A stretch of DNA of 64,000 nt. It comes from Trichinella spiralis (lineage: Eukaryota). Made by a program: the position numbers and the translations under genes. The notes under the pieces were generated by a model. It saw only the letters and a program-made list of their open reading frames with translations. It did no database searches and was not told the origin of the DNA. The stretch covers positions 8,424,495 through 8,488,494 of the forward strand of contig NW_003526941.1 of the NCBI RefSeq assembly GCF_000181795.1. Direction: 5' to 3'. Below, piece after piece: positions 32,337-43,197 of this stretch (its first letter is position 1; each line of letters begins with the position of its first letter).

Positions 32337-34417
32337 ATTATACGAGAAATCTAATTTTCAAAAAAAAAGCTTTCAAAGTGTTCAATCTAAAAAAATGCCA
32401 CTTTAAAAACTGTGATAAAATGGCAACGCTAACAGAATAAATATAAGCAATTCAGAAATACACATCCGCTCTGCATGCACAACAATAAATGAACCTATTC
32501 CCTCAGTTATCAAAGTGTTTTATTATTCATAAAAAACAATATATCGTGCACTTAAGCTGAAAACAAAAGTGGCTATTAAAAAGCGCAAAGTGGTATTATA
32601 AATTACAACGTCAAAAGTCGCCGCATTTTCACATTTAATATTATGCAATACTTTTACGCAAATAGATGAAAACTTATTTCCCATCATATTTGAAAAATAA
32701 TCGCTTGATAGAACAATTGATTTCAACAAATCGGCTAAAGTATGAAATTGCCAGAGCTACAGTATAAGTTTCTTCATCATCATCAATATTACTGTAATAG
32801 AAATGTATGACACATTTTAAATAACTTATTAAGTGTATCTTATAAAAGAGTTAGTTTTGTTATTAAAAATTATAAATGACGATGAAATGCGCTGTTAATT
32901 TAAGCAGGATGATGAAAAGCATATAGTCCAAAAATATTCAATAACTGAATTCTAAATAAATAATGGCTTAATATTTAAAAACTGAAAGTATTTTCAAAAC
33001 AGAGGATAAGCAGAATAAAAATAAATGATCTAAATTACTAAAATCAGTTGAACAATAAGCAAACAAACTGAACTGAACAAACAAACAAACAAAACAGCAA
33101 ATTGTTCGCTTGTTTTTTTAATTTTTTGGAAAATTTTCAATTCAAACATCTCGAATTAATTGAACAACGTTCAATTTGGAAAGCTGATGTGAAGCTTTAT
33201 TGGAACGATGCTTGCTTCAATTGTTAAGGTCTTCGGAGCGATTGTTGTTGACGTGCTGAAGCGAACAAGCGTAACAAATGTCAAAATTGGCTAGACTGAA
33301 AAATGTCCTTATTTTTCAACCACATTTCACATATATCAGAGAGAAGTGTTTCACAGACATTTCAAAATTGCCTACTTTGTTCACGGCATAATTGATTACG
33401 ATATCATCGAATTAAACCGAATTTCTTTGCGAGCAATTTTTCATCAAAACATAAATGAAACCACTTATCAAAAATAATAAAACACCAACTTGTTGACATT
33501 TCTATAACGACCACATACAAGAGTGGATGTTTCAAAAAATAAGATTCAAAATAAGTGCAAATTCAATATTATTGTTCATCATCGAATATTCATTCACCAT
33601 TTTCAGTTTCATACTGTTAAATGTTTCACCATGAGGATAAATTCAGTAAAAAAAACCTGAATGAATCTTTGGCTAAGCCAGATGATAGTTGATTTTCGAA
33701 TTTTTCCAATTTCAAATTGTAATAAATTCGACATTCTTCATTTCCATCAAAAGAAGCCCAATACGGATAACAGAATAAAAAACTTTCCCATCTTTTGTTG
33801 GGAAGCTTCCGATTGCGCAACGTGAAATAAACAAAGACTATTTTGAATATCTTTTCAATGGAAATATTTTTCACCAAGCATTTTCACCGACCCCATACAT
33901 TACACCTTGTAGCTATAGACGAACTAGTTTGCTTCATTTTATTTAAATGTAATCTACAGTTCAGATCACTGTGAAATGGTAATCAATTTTAAAACAAAAT
34001 TTGAAAACCAACATTCACCAATGAATTCAACAACTAATGATGCATTATTTAATGATATATTCTAATAAACATGCTACTCAGATAATGACACAAACAGATA
34101 TCCATTTGAACATATACATGTGATCATGTCATATACATTGATTATTGAAAAGCAAGCATGACAAGATACTGTAACATTTGGTAAATCAGTTTAATTTTTG
34201 TCATTGATACACCATAAAATGTTGAAATTAATATTTAAAAAACGTAAGATAAAATTTTAGTTTATATTCGTATCTATGTTATATAAATTGAAGATAAAAA
34301 TTTCTTTAACAATGAAAAACTAGAATTTATTATGTTACTGTACGATAGGCGTTGTGGTTTTGTTTTCGTTTGTGCAAGTTGTGTGAAAAAGACAGTTTAT
34401 CTAAATTCTGCTTCCAG

Positions 34418-35437
34418 ATGTCCGAAGGAACAATATTCTTAGATGCATTTGAAGGGAAATTTGAAAAAGTGAAAAATGAAGTTGACAAGTGTAAAGATGT
34501 GGTTAACGTGAAGGATGAGGTTTCAGTTTTGATCCTGCAGTTGCTAGTAGTTTTTGCATATTTCTTTTTTAAGAATGGTCGTACAATTTTCCATTGGGCA
34601 GCTTCAGGTGGTCATTTGAACTTGATCGAATTCTTGGCCCCTCTTGTCAATGATATCAATGACGGGGATGAGGTTCGGTATTTTTTTCTCTTTTGTTGTA
34701 TAATTCTTCTTCTTTGCATCATTAACGGCATTTGTGTTTTACGTTTAATTTTTTTTAATTGAATAATTATAGCTTGGTTGGAGCGCACTTACTATAGCTT
34801 GTTCGGCGGGACGTTTAGATGTTGTTCAATATCTGTTGGACTGCAAGGCTGATCCGAACATTCGCAGTTGCTTGAATACAACTCCATTGCATTATGCAGC
34901 TTCTAAAGGTCACGCAAATGTGAGCTATTCAAGCTTTCTGCTACTTAGATGGAAAAAAATGTTTCCAGATTGTGAAACTGTTGCTCGAACACAACGCTGA
35001 TGTAAACGCTCAGGACAAATGGGGAGGAACGCCATTGCATCGTGTGGCTTCAAAAGGAGGTCCAGTTATCATTCGACTGTTGCTCGAAGATAAGAACTGC
35101 CAAGTTAATTTACAAGATTCTGAAGGAAACACACCCTTGTAAGAGTAACTTTTCTAAAAATTATAATATATATGTGTATGTGTGTATGCGATTTCAATTT
35201 TCCTCTATTGTAATGAAGGCATTTGGCCTGTGAAGGAAATAACGAAAATGAAACAATTTGTCTGATAAATTCTGGTGCCCAGTTTAATAAGAAGAACAAA
35301 GTAATTGTTTTTTATAATTTGAAAAGTAATGATTTGATTGGAAATTGTGCTTTTTTCTTTAGGAAAACAAGACACCGTTCGATTTGGCAAGTCCTGAACT
35401 TAGCCGATTGTTAAGACGTGTGAATAGCAATGGCTGA
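34418..35437 (+). CDS. PSMD10: Ankyrin-repeat protein, 26S proteasome regulatory subunit 10 (gankyrin), 6 exons
   Basis: About 225 aa of ankyrin repeats: GRTIFHWAASGGH, GWSALTIACSAG, TPLHYAASKGH, TPLHRVASKG, QDSEGNTPLHLACE, NKENKTPFDLA. Confidence 0.85.
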
Positions 35438-35821
35438 ATTTATATTTTTCGTTGTGATGGATTGTTGAACGCACGGCCTATTATTACAAGCAAATATTAT
35501 TATTATCATTATTATTCTTCTTATTATTATTACACTATTATTAATGGAAACAGTATACTTTCATCGCATGCTTTTTTGTAATTGTTTTGCATAAAAGTAT
35601 TAGTTGAAATGTTTGAAATTTACATTATTTTCAGACATTCAAAATTATGCATTTACTGTACTTCATGCAATAAATATTAGTAAAAGAGAAATGAAAAAAT
35701 TTATTCATCGAAAACGAAATTTACAATTTAATCGACCATTTTCTATAAAAAACCGCGATCTCAATTTACCAATCAAGAATCAATAGAAATTATTTCTTTC
35801 CAAAAAAAAACCATCATTACT

Positions 35822-36301
35822 TCAATCAGCTTCTAATAGGTCGTCATCGTTTGCTGGTCTGTAGTTACCGTTTACGGTGAGTTTTCCATCAGGCGAAGGT
35901 TTACCGGTCGCAGTGACAACAATAAATTTTGACGTGCTTTGTGTAGTTGCTGGTCGGCAATCTTTGGGATTACGTCTCATCTTAAAATTAAAATTTAACA
36001 TTTTTTTTTGAAAAAAAAGAAATTCAAGTAAGCTTACCCATTCCAGTTGTGTACAATTGGAATTTGTAGCTAAAAACCGTACAGTTATTGCATTACCATT
36101 CTCCAAGTTTTTCGACGCATCAGTTAAGTGAAAAAACACTCTTGCTGGAATTTCAGTAGAATTCATTATATTTATGAGAAACAAGGCCTCATGGATAATG
36201 GATTCTGTTTCTGGATAACGTGGTATTATTTTTACACCATTAATGAATAAAGGGTACAATGCGAACAAAAGTGTTGTAGAAAACAGCATTGACAAGTGCA
36301 T
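35822..36301 (-). CDS. Secreted cystatin/cathelin-fold-like protein, 2 exons (short in-frame intron ~36037-35981)
   Basis: Signal peptide MHLSMLFSTTLLFALYPLFING, predicted helix SIIHEALFLIN, then strand plus Cys pair ITVRFLATNSNCTQLEW|MRRNPKDCRP. No QxVxG motif. Confidence 0.5.
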   Translation of the reverse strand: MHLSMLFSTTLLFALYPLFINGVKIIPRYPETESIIHEALFLINIMNSTEIPARVFFHLTDASKNLENGNAITVRFLATNSNCTQLEWVSLLEFLFFQKKMLNFNFKMRRNPKDCRPATTQSTSKFIVVTATGKPSPDGKLTVNGNYRPANDDDLLEAD

Positions 36302-37316
36302 ACTGATGGAGTCAGTAGTCACTGTAATGAGTTATTAAGCCTCGGTTCATGTTAAATACCTTAACAAATTATTTAATTTCGTAAAAATATTTAATTTAGT
36401 TCAACTACCAATGTTAGTGTTCAAATAGTGAAACCTTACCAGCTGCTTGAATTCAAATACACTGATGATAAATGTAGATCTATTTGATTATTAGTCTTTA
36501 AAAATTTGCTTCGAATTAAAATTTATAATAATATTTGTAATTCATTACAAATTTTGCGTAATTCGTAACTTGTTATAAATGTTTCACGCACGACCAACAA
36601 GTCTCCTCCACTTAAAAAATGTCTCACCATATTTTGTTTAAAAATCAAAATAAAATAACTTGGTGTATTTATTATAGTATTGTTTAAATTGACATCTACA
36701 ATATTATTCAACAATAAAATATTAATCTTGAAATTCTCAAACTGACAGTTTTATATTACGAATGTTATTTACAGTAAACTTGCAATTTCAATTTCAATAC
36801 AGAAAGTTTAAAATCTCCACAAAAGCATTTAAAGCGTTGCTCCGTACAAGTCTTATGAATGTTATACTTTCAAGCATTCACGAGGGTATAATATTTTAAA
36901 TTAAACAAATTAATTTTATAAACGTCATCCTTCTTTACAGTAAACGGCAAGTAAATAAATGCATGCGATAAACGTACAGTATATAAACGTTGCAATGGTG
37001 ACGTTGCAATTTAGCAATGTATGATCAGTGTCAGTAATTAAATTTGTTCTAAGTTACGAGTGAAACATGTATATTTTTAGAATTGTTCATTAAAATTTCA
37101 AAACAATAATAATAATAACTGCAAAAATGATGAAAAGAAAAGCTCGAAATGTGAATTTATTGAAAGTATAAATTGCATGCAAATGATTATGATAAGTTTA
37201 TTAATAAAAAAACATTTTTAAACAACGGCATTTTAAAGTTTGGCACCCTAAAGCGACTTTAAATTAAACGATTGCCCGTTCGATTGAACCAAACAACTCC
37301 ATTACCTTTTATTTTT

Positions 37317-37912
37317 CTATACGGGCATTGTGCACGATTTTCCTATTGTTGTTGCGCAACACTTTTTCACGCCTCTGCAATTTGCATCGCTGTTGCACAT
37401 GATCAAGTTGCCAACAATTTCGGACGATTTCAAAATTGGACACGAGCCTCTCTTCTTCACCTCTAAAATCAACCGATGGATAATGATAATCAATTGCCAA
37501 ATTATATACGATTAACCTTTTCTCGACTTTATGCAAATTTTGCAAGCATCCTTGGTCGGGCAGCACTTTTCACCTGGGGGACAGTCTGCGTCAGTTTTAC
37601 AAATTTTTTGCTTTTCATTTCGTATATATTTTTCGATATTTTTCAAATTCGGACACCAATCAAAGTTTGTATTAATCGATAGCCTTTTTTTGATAAAAAA
37701 TTTTGATACCGTATCTCGCTGTTCTAAATGGATGAAATATCCAGTTCTTTTGTTTTAATTTTAATATGCAACTAAATAATAATAGTAATAATAAATGAAA
37801 AAAATAAATAACTGAATAGAATTTGAATAATAATGAAATCTTTCAAGTGGATACTGTACTTACGACTAGCTGCAAATGATATCAGTACAAGAAGGAGAAA
37901 AATTATTTTCAT
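37317..37912 (-). CDS. Secreted double WAP (four-disulfide core) domain protein, 3 exons
   Basis: MKIIFLLLVLISFAAS|...WCPNLK...ICKTDADCPPGEKCCPTKDACKICI...|VKKRGSCPILK...MCNSDANCRGVKKCCATTIGKSCTMPV*. Both introns are phase 1. The correct frames are not shown in the ORF track. Confidence 0.85.
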
Positions 37913-38539
37913 CTCGTTCGTTTTGTTTAATGTCAAATGGACAGGCAGACAGGCAGCTGAAGAGTAGTAACACAAGTATTTTGTGGTTTCAATAAATTAA
38001 AAAAAGAACTGAATTTTAACAATCTTTTCAATGCAGTTCATTCATTGCACAATAAAGAAAAGTAAAATTAAATAAAATCAACATCAATAATAAGTAGTTG
38101 GTTTTAAATAAATGTTGAATAAAAACGATAAATAATAATGAAATAATAAAAAAAAAACATAATACACTGCTCAAATGGTGTTTATTCTCTCTTTCGGACG
38201 ACAGTTCAACACGAACGCTAGCAGGCAACATTTATTGATCGATCAATTAAACAAACAATACAGTACTTGTTATTATGCAAATTTGGCGTAGCTTTATCGC
38301 ATTTTTTAACGATCCCTTTCAGCAAGCAGTGCAATTCGAATTGGCAACAAATTCCACGCTGTTGTTGTCGTTGTTGGAATGATCAAAATAAAGCAAATAA
38401 GAAAAAAAATAAACATATAAAAATGTCCAACGCCTAAATACTCTTGTCCCTGTTTATCAATATTTCAAGTGAATGGAAATTCCGTCGACTGGATTGTATT
38501 GTTCCATTCCAATATGCAAATTAAATGATCGAGACCATT

Positions 38540-39745
38540 TCATTTCCATATCATGATTACATGCGGCGACTCTTCGAATACTTTTTCCACTCTCAAACAG
38601 TGAACGTTGGCGTTGACCGACAATTCTTCGATGGATTTTCCACCGTCAAGTTGTTGACAATCGATCCGTGATACACTTCCATCGAATTTTGGATTGCAAT
38701 TGGCCAAAAGGATCGGATAAGCGGTAATTTGCCTAATCAGACCTTTCAACAGGGCATATTGGATCAATTTCCCTTCGTGAACATGGTAATTTTTGGGCGT
38801 ATAGGTATAACTCCACTCGTGCATCGTCAGCGACGGTTTCAACAAGCTGAGCAGACGGAACACGTCGGAAAACTTGGGCATTTCTGAGCCTCTCAATTTT
38901 ACCGTGTGGCACAAATCCTGCTGCAGCGCTTTGTCCCGGTAAAGGGTGCCAATTTGGGGTGTGACCATGTAGCACCTCTTGTATTGGAGAGTCGGCACGA
39001 ACGAAACGACGCCAGCCACGGCCGCGTCGGTCAGACACTGTTTGGTGATTTCAATGTCCACTTTGGCGGCGCTGCTCAGTTTGGCTACCGAATCGAAACC
39101 GTTGATCAGTGGAAGCAGACGTCGCAGAACTTGATCCGAACAATTCGCCAACAGCTTGTCCACTTTGGTGCAGACCACAGGCGCCATCGAAGCGCTGACC
39201 ACCGGCACCGACGGTCGGTGGTCGAGCAAAGCCAGGTGGACTTGGTAATGGTCGCCCAGAATTATCGACGAACATCCGGTCTCGTTCAGCTCGTTGAAAA
39301 GCTTCGTTAGCATGGCGCTCAAGGCTGGCAAACTTTGGTTGGATAAAAATTGCCTCTGTCGTTCCAACATTTCCAAACTTTTGGCCAATTTTTCCACCAA
39401 CGGCTCGTAGACATAATCTCGATCGTTGGTCTTAGTATTCGCGACAACAAAGCAAACGTTGAATATGTAAGCATTACGGTCGTACTGGTTGCCTGGGATC
39501 GCTTTGGGATAGCCGATGATTTTCACGTCGGCCAAATCCACTTTCACCAATTGATCGACCAATTTCGACTTTGTAATAATAAACGATGATACTGTATCGA
39601 ATACATCACGCTCGATGAACTGCTTATCCGGTGGCACTTGACACAAAATACGCGGACCAAGGTGGGAATCAAATTTTGCATAAAATATACCCAATAATGG
39701 AGGCACGTCACAATTTGGTGACGAAGGGGCCAAACTGGCCAGCAT
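38540..39745 (-). CDS. NPRL2: GATOR1 complex subunit NPRL2; intronless CDS
   Basis: 401 aa ORF with IFYAKFDSHLGPRILCQVP, KIIGYP, YDRNAYIFNVCFV, LPLINGFDSVAKLS and KLIQYALLKGLIR. Confidence 0.93.
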   Translation of the reverse strand: MLASLAPSSPNCDVPPLLGIFYAKFDSHLGPRILCQVPPDKQFIERDVFDTVSSFIITKSKLVDQLVKVDLADVKIIGYPKAIPGNQYDRNAYIFNVCFVVANTKTNDRDYVYEPLVEKLAKSLEMLERQRQFLSNQSLPALSAMLTKLFNELNETGCSSIILGDHYQVHLALLDHRPSVPVVSASMAPVVCTKVDKLLANCSDQVLRRLLPLINGFDSVAKLSSAAKVDIEITKQCLTDAAVAGVVSFVPTLQYKRCYMVTPQIGTLYRDKALQQDLCHTVKLRGSEMPKFSDVFRLLSLLKPSLTMHEWSYTYTPKNYHVHEGKLIQYALLKGLIRQITAYPILLANCNPKFDGSVSRIDCQQLDGGKSIEELSVNANVHCLRVEKVFEESPHVIMIWK

Positions 39746-40713
39746 CGCTCTTCTACTTTTCGGCTAATTGTCGAATCGGCTGCAATTGCCGACGTCGAGC
39801 TTTTTTTCTCCACTGGATCACGTGCACACAAGCGCAAATGTTCCCTATGCCAAAACCGATCAAAGCCCCAACAACGCACGTAATTGGCCACCGCTGAAAC
39901 AACACGCTAATTTTTACCTTTCAAACAAAATCTTGCCCATTATATGAAAGAAAAAACAATATTTAATCAAATCAACGAACAGTTCTACCCATACATGCGC
40001 ATATGTAATCTGTTTGCAAAATTAATATCACTTCTCATACTCAACTAATATTTTCTTCACTCAATGAACTGAAAATAATTTGAAAATTGTGACAACCAAA
40101 CTATTTTCAACAATGCAACATTAATTATCTTTCCAAATATACACATTCAAAGTACAAATGAATACAGCTAAACATACTGCAATATCAACAATAAATATCA
40201 ACTTTTAAAATTATCAATACAAAAAATAACTACACAACAGGCCGAAACTTGCACATATTCACTTACCAAAAAGAACTAATGTAAAAAACAATTTTTCTAA
40301 CGTCTGTTTTTTTAACAACTATCTGCTGAAAAATACAAACTACGAAAAGGAAAAAACCCCACTGACCGCAATGCGGACGCCAACGCTATCATGCGGCTGT
40401 TATATTACTTGACCTGGTCAAAGAGTAAAGGTCAGTTGTATGGAAAAAAAACAATATATTTTCCGGCAACTCATCTAAATTTTGTAGAGATTGGGATGAC
40501 AGAGAAATTTTTTTAAAAAATATCAATAACCAACTTTCTTATACATGAGCACTTTTTAGATCTCAATTTCAAGAAAAATTATTTTTTTAACTTCTCAATT
40601 TGAATGATCAACTATTTATCCTGAAAATCAAATACGGCATTTTGTACTGAAAAATTAAATTCATTGTGTCAACCATGCTGTATTATTATTAAAAAAATTA
40701 TCTATTTTCTTAC

Positions 40714-41608
40714 TTGCCATGGTCGATCCCAATCAAGTGGAACTGGAATGGCGCCTAAATAGGCTCCAAGATAAGTTCCGTGCGTGATGTAGTGGACAAA
40801 GAAATCGGTCTTGCGAATTAACCTTAATTTATTAGGGAATATGTATTATATGACGAATTAAATTCAAAAATTTTCATACTTTTTTTCAAAAACCACACCA
40901 AGCAATTGATCCCAATTTTGGATAAATAATAACGCCGGAACCGCAGTACAAACAGTGATTATTGCCGCTAGCAGGTAGTTTTCTTTAATAGTTCTAAGCG
41001 AAAAAAAACGTTTTTTATTCAGTTGCGTCAAATGTCGCACGTTTTCATTAAAACTTACGAAGTAGAAGCTCCACAAAGAACAACAAGTACATAATTCACC
41101 ATAGAAACGACCAGTAGTTCAGAGAAAAATTGCACAACCATTTTTATGGAAAACCTTAAAATGCACCGCTTCGCTTTGAAGTTCTGAAATATAAAAAAGA
41201 TCATCTTCCATTTACACTTTATTCACAAACATCTACTCTCACATTAACAATAAGTGAAAGATAACAAAAACGATAAAGCAGCAACTTATCAAACTTCCTC
41301 GACTAACAAAACTGCGCAATGAAAACGACACTGAAACCAATTTAATAATTTACTACAAATAAAATTTAGATGAAAAATAAAACACCTTACGTAATAATGC
41401 GTAATTGTATGCTCCCTTATACTGTACTGTAATTTCTAATAATTTTCAAGGTTTTCTAACTTCGAATCAACTTTTTTATCACTTTTCATAAACTTCTCAC
41501 ATCATGAACACTGAATTAGTAAAAACACTTATAATAAAATTCATAAAAATCATTTCATTTGGCCATGCCAGCAACTTCATATACAATAGCAGCGGACTGA
41601 TTACTCAT
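40714..41608 (-). CDS. PIGF: GPI ethanolamine-phosphate transferase accessory subunit PIG-F (first and last exons uncertain)
   Basis: Exons give YVLVVLCGASTS|..KENYLLAAIITVCTAVPALLF and the signature GAYLGAIPVPLDWDRPWQ, followed by a GT donor. The terminal exon (below 40714) was not resolved and the ATG at 41608 is tentative. Confidence 0.8.
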
Positions 41609-41957
41609 CAAATTGCAGTTAAATACATAAATTAAAATTATAAGTATGAATTTTGTTCATAAAATTAAATAACTATTTAGAAAGTCTGTCCAAACTAGAA
41701 CGCATAATATGTTATTGATGATAAATATCGTATTCATATGTACCTGAAAATCAATATTACAGTATTTCCGTCGATTCCATGTGTCAATGGTGTTGTAAAT
41801 TTTGTTGTTTATATATTTGAACGTAAAGTTTATAGTCGTTTAAATTTATATTTTTGTTAATTTTTCCATTCTACATAATTAATATATTTTTAAATGTAGA
41901 ATTATCCTATTATTGACAGCAACGTTCGCTATTTCGCTTCAGATATAATTGGTGACA

Positions 41958-42748
41958 ATGGCGCCGAGCGGCAATGGAATGATACCGGATGGTCATTTTC
42001 ACAAAAAATGGCAACGCAGGGTGAAGACTTGGTTCAATCAACCTATGCGTCACAATCGTCGTCGCAGAAAGCGTTTGGAGAAGGCGAGACGTTTGGCTCC
42101 ACGCCCAGCTCGAGGCAATCTGCGTCCAATTGTACGTTGTCCAACGGTGAAGTATAACCATAGATTGCGTTTTGGGCGTGGCTTTTCGTTGGATGAACTT
42201 AAAGTAAAAAATGTTCAGTATTTTTAACTTTCTGAAGAGTATTTCCTGGGTTCGTTCAGGCGGCTGGAATTCCGAAACGATTAGCTCCGACTATTGGTAT
42301 TGCCGTTGATCATCGTCGTAGAAATCGTTCATTGGAAGGACTTCAATTGAACGTTCAACGATTGAAAGAATACAAGTCAAAGTTGATTTTATTCCCAAGA
42401 AATAAGAATAAACCCAAGGCAACCGATAGCAGTGTAAGTTTAATTGTGGTTATTTATTTATTTTTGTTGGAATTTCATATTGCTTTTGCATTGATTTTAT
42501 TATTTTAATAATAATTGCTGTTTCTTTTCTTTCAGTTAGAGGAATGTAAATTGGCACAGCAGTTGAAATCGGTCCTCATGCCTATTCACCGTCCTGAGGT
42601 TGTGGTGGATGTTCGGCCTATCACTGAGGCAGAAAAGAAATTTAACGCTTACGCTACTGTTCGAACTGCGCGTGTTAATCAGCGTTTAGCGGGATACCGA
42701 TTGAAGAAAAGGCAAGAAGCTGAAGCTGATCTGGCTGGCGGAAAGTGA
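41958..42748 (+). CDS. RPL13: 60S ribosomal protein L13 (eL13), 3 exons
   Basis: [29 protein letters not shown]...[14 protein letters not shown]...[13 protein letters not shown]...[17 protein letters not shown]. Confidence 0.98.
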
Positions 42749-43085
42749 ATTGAAAATAATGAATTTGAAAGAAAATAAAACTTATATATTTTGAAAGATT
42801 GTGATGTCTTTTTTCTCTTCTTACGCTTAGCGGCTATTAATATAATTTTTACCTTATTGCTGGCAAATCAACAACATTATGGAAATATCAGAACACAAGT
42901 TATTATTCTTTAACTATTATTATAAACATGTATAAACTAATTTTCTTTTGGAAAACAAACAACATTCATTCAATATTGCTAATTCACATAGCGATATCAA
43001 AAGAGAATTCTGAAAGCAGGACTTTTAGTAGAGATGTATAACTGAAACAATCAAGTTCAATTAAATCGACCGATTAAATAAACGC

Positions 43086-43098
43086 GTTGCTTGGCAAC
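43086..43098 (+). promoter_or_regulatory. X-box (RFX/DAF-19 binding site) upstream of BBS7
   Basis: GTTGCTTGGCAAC near-palindrome about 100 bp before the ATG of a ciliary gene. Confidence 0.75.
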
Positions 43099-43197
43099 AG
43101 CTAACAAACGGTACGTGGGAAGGAAAGATTCTTGTTGTTCAGCTGTACATTTAATTGTATACAGTTTTTAAAATTTAAATCTTTTAAAAAGAAAAGC

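Noticed and set aside
33150..33940. Exon-like stretches on the minus strand between NDUFA5 and PSMD10
   Set aside because: Could not be joined into a stop-free model and no family was recognised.
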